Shown here: piece by piece, positions 6,474 to 11,705 of the stretch
Layout: every line of letters begins with the position of its first letter
Position numbering within the stretch: position 1 is the first letter of the stretch
Assembly: GCA_043804695.1 (NCBI GenBank)
Contig: JAZDIV010000099.1
Span: 1-11,705 of the forward strand
Direction: 5' to 3'
Source of the DNA: PVC group bacterium
GTDB lineage: Bacteria > Auribacterota > Erginobacteria > Erginobacterales > Erginobacteraceae
Length of the DNA stretch: 11,705 nucleotides
Notes under the pieces: model-generated
What the model was told of the DNA's origin: nothing
Databases searched by the model: none
Seen by the model: only the letters and a program-made list of their open reading frames with translations
Program-made: the position numbers and the translations under genes

Positions 6474-8393
6474 TCACAGATTCTCGATCAGCACCGGGGC
6501 TGTCATCTCCTCCGGGGGGAAACCGAGGATCCTGGAGTAAAAATACAGTTCGGCCTCAAGTGACCGCCGGATCGTCTCCGCCCGGCGAAAGCCGTGCTCC
6601 TCCTCCTCAAAGTAAAGCGCCGCCACCGGTATTTTCTTCTTCCGGAGCGCTTCCACTATCATTTCCGTCTGGGCGGGGGGGACAACCCGGTCGTTCAACC
6701 CCTGGAAGAAGATGACCGGGCGGGAAAGTTTGTCCGGGAAGTTGACCGGGGATCGATCGAAGTAGAGATCCCGGCGTTCCGGGTAAGGACCGACCAGCCT
6801 GTCAAGGTACTTCGCCTCGAACTTGTGAGTGTCGGCGAGGAGCAACTCCAGGTCGCTGATGCCGTAGTAGCTGGCGCCGGTCCGGAAGGTGTCATGGAAG
6901 GTAAGGGCGCAGAGCGCGGTGAAGCCACCGGCGCTCCCGCCCCGGATCGCCATCCGGCCGGGGTCAACCAGGCGCTGACGGGCCAGGAATTCGGCCCCGT
7001 TCACGCAGTCCTCCGCGTCCGCCACCCCCCAGCGGCCGGAGAGACGCTCCCGGTACTCACGGCCGTAGCCGGTGCTCCCGCGGTAATTCACGTCCAGCAC
7101 CGCGAAACCCCGGCTGGTCCAGAACTGGATCTTCAGCTTGAGAGCGCTCCCGGAGGCGGCGGTGGGACCGCTGTGCATCATCACCAGCAGCGGCGGCAGT
7201 TCGCCGTCGGGAGGGGAGAAGTCACGGTTTCGCGGGGGGTAGAAAAAACCGTGTGCGGCCAGGCCGCCGCCGGTGGGGAACTCGATCCCGGAGGGCGCTG
7301 ACAGGTAACCGGGATCAATCTCCACTTCGCCCTCGCTCTTGATTATCTCCATCGCATCCTTTGCGGGGTCATACCGGATAACCGCGGGGAGCGACGCGGG
7401 CGATGAAGCGAGAAAGGCCGCTTCCCCCTCCCGGGCCCGGAGCCCGGTGATCTCCGTAGAGGGCGTCTCTATCTCCCGGATCCGCCCGGCGCCGGCGGAA
7501 AGAATACCCAGCCTCCAGATTCCCTCCCGGGCAAAAGCGCAGATTATCTCCTCCTCCGAGAGGAAGGCGTAGGTGGACAGTCCGAAGGCCCACTGGGGAA
7601 GCCCGAACTCGGCGGGGAGCGGGCAGGCCGGCTCCGTCTTCCCCGAGGCCTCCCGGTAGATGTTCCACCAGCCGCTCCGATCGGAAATAAAGTAGAGGAC
7701 TCCCTCCGGCGACCATTCCGGCTGGAAAACGGACTCGTTGCGGCCGCCGGCCACCAGCCGGGCCGGGCCGGGGCGCCCGGCTTGATCGAACTGCGCTGCC
7801 CGTAGTTCGGTGCCGTCCCAGGGCATTTCGGGGAAGTTCCAGGTGAGAAAGGCCAGCCGTCCGCCGTCCGGGCTGAGACGGGGAGAAGAGTAAAAATCAT
7901 TGCCCGAAAAGAGAACCTCGACCGGGCGGCAACCCTCCGGATCAACCGCGACCAGGGTGTTTTCCGGCAGCGAGGCAACAACGGTATGATCTTCCCGGAC
8001 GCAAATCAGCCGCTTCCGGCAGGGATCGAACACAAGATCGGCATAGCGATAGTCCCCCTCCGGGGTGATCGGACGGGGGGAACTCCCGGCGGTCAGACGG
8101 TAAATGCGGCCGTCATCGCCGTTGGAGAAAAAGACTTCGCCGCCGGACACCGTGTAGGCCCCCCCGCCGAAATCGTGGACACGGGAACGGGCGCTGAAAG
8201 GAGGGGGGAGCAGGTCGGCGGTCCCGCCGTGCGGCTTGCTCCGGACGATGACGCTGCGGCCGTTCTCGGACGGGCGGGACTCCAGCCAGTAGATGTCATC
8301 GCCGTCGAGGACAATCTCTTCCAGGCCGATCGTCCGGGAGACGATCAGATCGGTCGTGATCGGGGACTTCCAGGACCCGCAGGGAGCTCTCAT
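6474..8393 (-). CDS. S9 family serine peptidase (prolyl oligopeptidase / acylaminoacyl-peptidase-like)
   Basis: 639 aa. Propeller-type N-terminal region (SPRLSPDG, QPEWSPEG), VNYRGSTGYG, nucleophile GGSAGG, Asp in QGLNDRVVP, His in EEHGFR. Confidence 0.95.
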   Translation of the reverse strand: MRAPCGSWKSPITTDLIVSRTIGLEEIVLDGDDIYWLESRPSENGRSVIVRSKPHGGTADLLPPPFSARSRVHDFGGGAYTVSGGEVFFSNGDDGRIYRLTAGSSPRPITPEGDYRYADLVFDPCRKRLICVREDHTVVASLPENTLVAVDPEGCRPVEVLFSGNDFYSSPRLSPDGGRLAFLTWNFPEMPWDGTELRAAQFDQAGRPGPARLVAGGRNESVFQPEWSPEGVLYFISDRSGWWNIYREASGKTEPACPLPAEFGLPQWAFGLSTYAFLSEEEIICAFAREGIWRLGILSAGAGRIREIETPSTEITGLRAREGEAAFLASSPASLPAVIRYDPAKDAMEIIKSEGEVEIDPGYLSAPSGIEFPTGGGLAAHGFFYPPRNRDFSPPDGELPPLLVMMHSGPTAASGSALKLKIQFWTSRGFAVLDVNYRGSTGYGREYRERLSGRWGVADAEDCVNGAEFLARQRLVDPGRMAIRGGSAGGFTALCALTFHDTFRTGASYYGISDLELLLADTHKFEAKYLDRLVGPYPERRDLYFDRSPVNFPDKLSRPVIFFQGLNDRVVPPAQTEMIVEALRKKKIPVAALYFEEEEHGFRRAETIRRSLEAELYFYSRILGFPPEEMTAPVLIENL

Positions 8394-8633
8394 CCCCTAC
8401 CGGGCCCCCCTGGAGAAACAGACGATTGAATGTGATTGGAAGAGGAGGAAATAATCGCCATCGCCCCAAAGATGGTTTAACCTCTTACGATATGCACTGT
8501 TTATTTTTTCTCTCCCCCTGCCACGGCCGCATTGTTAAACCACAGAAAGCGCGGAGGAGAATTGCGGTACCGGTTGTTCAATGTTCAATCTTTTTCCATT
8601 ACTCCAACACATCGGCACTTCTTTGGTATTCCA

Positions 8634-8684
8634 ACTTTAGGCACTTAAGCGCACTTTAGGCACTTTAGGCACTTTAAGCACTTT
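8634..8684. repeat. Short tandem repeat, 9-nt unit ACTTTAGGC, about 5.5 copies
   Basis: ACTTTAGGC / ACTTAAGCGC / ACTTTAGGC / ACTTTAGGC / ACTTTAAGC / ACTTT, just downstream of the epimerase stop. Confidence 0.9.
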
Positions 8685-8707
8685 TCTTGTTGAACGTTCA
8701 TTCTTTT

Positions 8708-9823
8708 TTATCCAACAAGTCCTTTCTCCCGCAGCTCCGCCGTCGCCCGGTCGCCCAGATCGTTGGCCTCGGCGGTGGCGCTCCACTCGATCAGTTCCCG
8801 GAATCCATCCTCCAGGCTGACCCGGGGCTCGAACCCGAGTTCCTTCCGAATCCGGTTTATGTCCGCGAAGCAGTGGCGAACATCGCCCTTGCGGAACTTG
8901 CCGACGATCTCGGGCTCGAAATCCTTGCCAAGGAGGGCGTTCAGAGTCCGGGCGATCTCCAGAACCGAGATCTGGCGGCCGGCTCCGACGTTGTAGATCT
9001 GGTGGTTGGCCGCCTCGCTCTCCATGGCCAGGATGTTGGCGCGGACGATGTCGTGCACCGAGATGAAGTCCCGGCTCTGGAGCCCGTCCTCAAAGACGAT
9101 CGGGGGGTGATCGTTGAGGAGCCGGCTCATGAAGATGGCGGCCACGCCGGTATAGGGGTTGGAGAGGGACTGGCGGGGACCGAAGACATTGAAACGCCTC
9201 ATCGTCACCACCGGCAGACCGTAGGTCTGGCCGAAGAGCATGACCATGTCCTCCTGGTCCTTCTTGGCCAGGGCGTAGTAGGAATTGATCTCCTGGAGCT
9301 TGCTCTCCGGTGTGGGGACGGCCTTGGCCGGATCCCCGCATTTCGGGCAGTAAATCTCGAAATCGCCGGCGGCCATCTGTTCGTCCGTCCGGACCGGCGG
9401 GGTCACCCGGCCGCAGTTCGGGCACTCGTACGCCCCCTCGCCGTAGGTGCTCATCGAGGAGGCGACGATCAGCTTGCCGACTTTGTTCTTCCGGTTGGCC
9501 AGGATGTCGAGAAGGTTGGCGGTGCCGAGGGTGTTGGCCTCCATGTAGCGCTTGATCTGGTACATCGACTGGCCGACGCCGACCATGGCGGCGTCGTGGC
9601 AGATGACATCAATTCCTTCCACCGCCTTTGCCAGGGCGTCGTAATTGAGGACGGATTCCCGGATGAACTCCGCCTCTGTATTGAGATAGCCGGGGACTTT
9701 TCCCCCGGGATGAACCTGGGGTTCGATGTTGTCATAGATCCGGACCTCGTGGCCCTTCCTGATCAGTTCATCGACCAGGAAACTCCCGATAAAACCGGCC
9801 CCGCCGGTGCATAAAATTTTCAT
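8708..9823 (-). CDS. NAD-dependent epimerase/dehydratase (extended SDR) with two CxxC motifs; nucleotide-sugar epimerase-like
   Basis: Likely start MKILCTGGAGFIGS at 9823 with SD GAAGGAG (9836-9830). Motifs ASSMS, YALAK (YxxxK), FNVFGP, RDFISVHD; insert with CPNC...CPKC. 371 aa. Confidence 0.93.
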   Translation of the reverse strand: MKILCTGGAGFIGSFLVDELIRKGHEVRIYDNIEPQVHPGGKVPGYLNTEAEFIRESVLNYDALAKAVEGIDVICHDAAMVGVGQSMYQIKRYMEANTLGTANLLDILANRKNKVGKLIVASSMSTYGEGAYECPNCGRVTPPVRTDEQMAAGDFEIYCPKCGDPAKAVPTPESKLQEINSYYALAKKDQEDMVMLFGQTYGLPVVTMRRFNVFGPRQSLSNPYTGVAAIFMSRLLNDHPPIVFEDGLQSRDFISVHDIVRANILAMESEAANHQIYNVGAGRQISVLEIARTLNALLGKDFEPEIVGKFRKGDVRHCFADINRIRKELGFEPRVSLEDGFRELIEWSATAEANDLGDRATAELREKGLVG

Positions 9824-9936
9824 GTGGTGCTCCTTCATTATTTGAACACAGAAGAGCGTATACCAATAGCGCTTTTCGGATGGCAAGTCAACCATACAGT
9901 TCCGGGATGATCTTCCACACCTTAGCTCCTTGCAAA

Positions 9937-10098
9937 TATCCACCACCGACCCTGCGTCGGTGGAGATGTGATTGATCACTAAATTCGCACATCCCCTCTC
10001 CTCCCGCGCCACAGGCGCGGAAGGAGGGGGGTGGTTTAGGAGAGATAGCAAAATAGTTACCAGTCATATCTCCACCGACGCAGGGTCGGTGGTGGATA
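9937..10098. mobile_element. Nested inverted-repeat element (MITE/REPIN-like, non-coding)
   Basis: 31-bp perfect inverted arms TATCCACCACCGACCCTGCGTCGGTGGAGAT (9937-9967 and 10068-10098). Each arm holds its own CCACCGAC/GTCGGTGG hairpin. There is further imperfect pairing inward and a central GC hairpin at about 9993-10031. Confidence 0.72.
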
Positions 10099-10181
10099 GA
10101 AAAAAATTTCAAAGAACTTAAGTTTTACGTTTTTTAAAATATTTTTATTATAATTAGCATAAAAATATTTTAAAAATACTA

Positions 10182-10345
10182 TTGCCTGAAAGGGTATCAA
10201 TTGATACATTCTCGGTAAAAAGCTTGCATCTATCCCACGGATATGGTGCGAAATTGTATCCTAAATCCTCAGATCACTGGATAAGCAGTGTATCATTATT
10301 ATATTTTCGCGCCAGATACCTCGCCAAGGGGAGGATAAGTTATGA
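10182..10345 (+). pseudogene. Probable frameshifted/truncated toxin remnant (MqsR/RelE-superfamily-like) of the TAC module
   Basis: ...GAKLYPK (frame of 10182) continues, with one added A near 10263-10265, into ILRSLDKQCIIIIFSRQIPRQGEDKL*. Its TGA (10343-45) overlaps the antitoxin ATG (10342-44). The LYxK...IIIFS pattern resembles the C-terminus of MqsR-like toxins. Confidence 0.5.
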
Positions 10346-10872
10346 CTGCACCTGTTGCCGGTTGGGAACGCACCGTGTCCCGCGAACCAGTCCACATAAC
10401 AGCGGCCAGTGGAAAAAAAGTTTCAGAGACCTTATGGGTTGATGTTCCAGCCTGGCTGGACCCTGAGTCGGGTGTCATTTATCTGGATGAGGAGGGACGA
10501 GAAAAACTTGAGGCGGTTAAGGCACGCTATCTTGGGCTTCTGAGTCCCCGGCAATTACGGGAACTTCGCGACACAATCGGACTGACCCAATATAGAATGG
10601 CAGGCTTGCTTCAGCTTGGCCGGAAGTCATGGACCAGGTGGGAAAACGGTCGAGAACGGCCGTCCCGCTCCATGAATGTCCTACTCTGTGCTCTTTATGA
10701 TGGTCGCATTGATGTTAACTACCTGAAGACATTATCCGATCCCACTCTCCGATCTTATTTCAAACGATGGGCTCCCAATGTCAGATACGAGGCAATTACA
10801 TATACTGATTGTACTGATGGCAAATCTTGCACAATGAATAGATATGATGAAAGCGCAACCATCTCCGCTTAA
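10342..10872 (+). CDS. MqsA/HigA-like antitoxin with XRE-type HTH and C-terminal extension (candidate ChAD)
   Basis: 176 aa. VPAWLDPESGVIYLD is a Cys-less version of the MqsA knuckle. HTH: LLSPRQLRELRDTIGLTQYRMAGLLQLGRKSWTRWENGRERPS. Tail of about 45 aa. SD GGGGAGG at about 10328-10334. Confidence 0.85.
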   Translation: MTAPVAGWERTVSREPVHITAASGKKVSETLWVDVPAWLDPESGVIYLDEEGREKLEAVKARYLGLLSPRQLRELRDTIGLTQYRMAGLLQLGRKSWTRWENGRERPSRSMNVLLCALYDGRIDVNYLKTLSDPTLRSYFKRWAPNVRYEAITYTDCTDGKSCTMNRYDESATISA

Positions 10873-11356
10873 GTGTACATGTTATTATGTTACGGATTTA
10901 GTTGTTACTGCTAATCCGAAATATGACCCGAAGAAACCCTCCCGGCTGGATTTCCATGATCTTCTAGTGGATGGCCGGACAGAGAAAACAAAGGAAAAAG
11001 AGCAGAAACAACCATTGTGGCGAATTTCTTTGAAAGTAACACAAAATGCCGGCGTGGCCAAAAATGCGCCTTACAACTTTTCAATATCCATCCTCGGACA
11101 CTTCATAGTCCATCCGGATTATCCGGAGGTCAAAACCAAACAACTTGTCTCTATCCACGGGTGTTCACTCCTCTACACCACCGCTCGAGAAATTCTGCGC
11201 TCAGCAATGGGGCACGGCCCATTTCAACCTCTTGTCCTTCCAACAGTGCACTTCTTGGAATCAGGGGGCCAGCCATACGTTGAAGCAAGTGAAACTTACA
11301 AGGCGCCCCCCCCGGAAACCTATAATTCCACGTCGCCCAATTCCCCACTGCAATAA
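10844..11356 (+). CDS. SecB-like chaperone (TAC-type)
   Basis: 170 aa, overlapping the antitoxin end. SecB-like pattern: MKAQPSPL...WRISLKV...NAPYNFSISILGHF...GCSLLYTTAREILRSAMGHGPFQPLVLPTVHF. Confidence 0.85.
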   Translation: MMKAQPSPLKCTCYYVTDLVVTANPKYDPKKPSRLDFHDLLVDGRTEKTKEKEQKQPLWRISLKVTQNAGVAKNAPYNFSISILGHFIVHPDYPEVKTKQLVSIHGCSLLYTTAREILRSAMGHGPFQPLVLPTVHFLESGGQPYVEASETYKAPPPETYNSTSPNSPLQ

Positions 11357-11573
11357 CCGGTGCGCGGATCTTTTATTTTCTTTTCCCTGGCTTCGGTAAC
11401 GCATCAAGATTCGATCATGCCTGGTTGCCGTTTAATTGGAAAGACACGAAGACAGACCGTCCTTCATTGAGTTTGGATATCTTACCGACTTAGTATTTGG
11501 GATCTGACCCTAATGGCACAGCTTGCGGTGCGGGCATTGCATCAATCCTCGGTAAGTTCCTGATCGCTTGCTC

Positions 11574-11705
11574 TTACCTGCTTTTCAGATAGCCGGACAG
11601 ATCTTGATAATAATTCTCGTGCGGACCGATCATTATCAATTCTAGATTATTGCCGACGAAGCGATAGGCAAGAAGATACTGTGTAGTGTGTATCTTGAAC
11701 TTATG
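11574..11705 (-). CDS. RelE/ParE-like type II toxin, 3' end (runs off the right edge)
   Basis: Not in the ORF track. Manual translation: HKFKIHTTQYLLAYRFVGNNLELIMIGPHENYYQDLSGYLKSR*. KFK...LLAY...G.HEN(F/Y)Y.DL is characteristic of ParE-like toxins. Confidence 0.85.
   Translation of the reverse strand, partial: HKFKIHTTQYLLAYRFVGNNLELIMIGPHENYYQDLSGYLKSR

Noticed and set aside
9824..10051. 76-aa N-terminal extension of the epimerase given by the ORF track
   Set aside because: It runs through the inverted-repeat element. The Rossmann motif starts right after ATG 9823, which has a strong SD.
10182..10442. 86-aa ORF as the intact TAC toxin
   Set aside because: It overlaps the antitoxin by about 100 nt. 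The toxin-like C-terminus with ATGA coupling is in another frame, so a pseudogene reading fits better.
11400..11573. attC downstream of the ParE-like toxin
   Set aside because: No RYYYAAC...GTTRRRY pair with a pairing stem was found after the stop on the minus strand.

Overview
A GC-rich bacterial window in which three large intact enzyme genes alternate with AT-richer accessory DNA. The enzyme genes are a secreted 1296-aa C25 (gingipain-family) peptidase + SGNH hydrolase + 5x40-aa repeat fusion behind a sigma54-type promoter, an S9 peptidase, and a CxxC-containing NAD-dependent sugar epimerase. Reading outside the ORF track shows two decayed integron loci. Left locus: a YjhP-like SAM methyltransferase cassette starting at a GTTAGGC core, a Pc-like promoter and a divergent intI fragment. 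Central locus: a YefM-YoeB cassette bounded by GTTCGGC/GCCGAAC, a second attC-like hairpin, a truncated cassette gene and two more intI fragments. The intI pieces at the two loci do not overlap each other. The right end has a nested 162-bp inverted-repeat element, an MqsA-like antitoxin + SecB-like chaperone (TAC-type) module with an apparently frameshifted toxin, and the 3' end of a RelE/ParE-like toxin. A short diverged chimeric copy of two distant parts of the C25 gene abuts the S9 stop codon. All family calls come from motif recognition by eye, not database searches.
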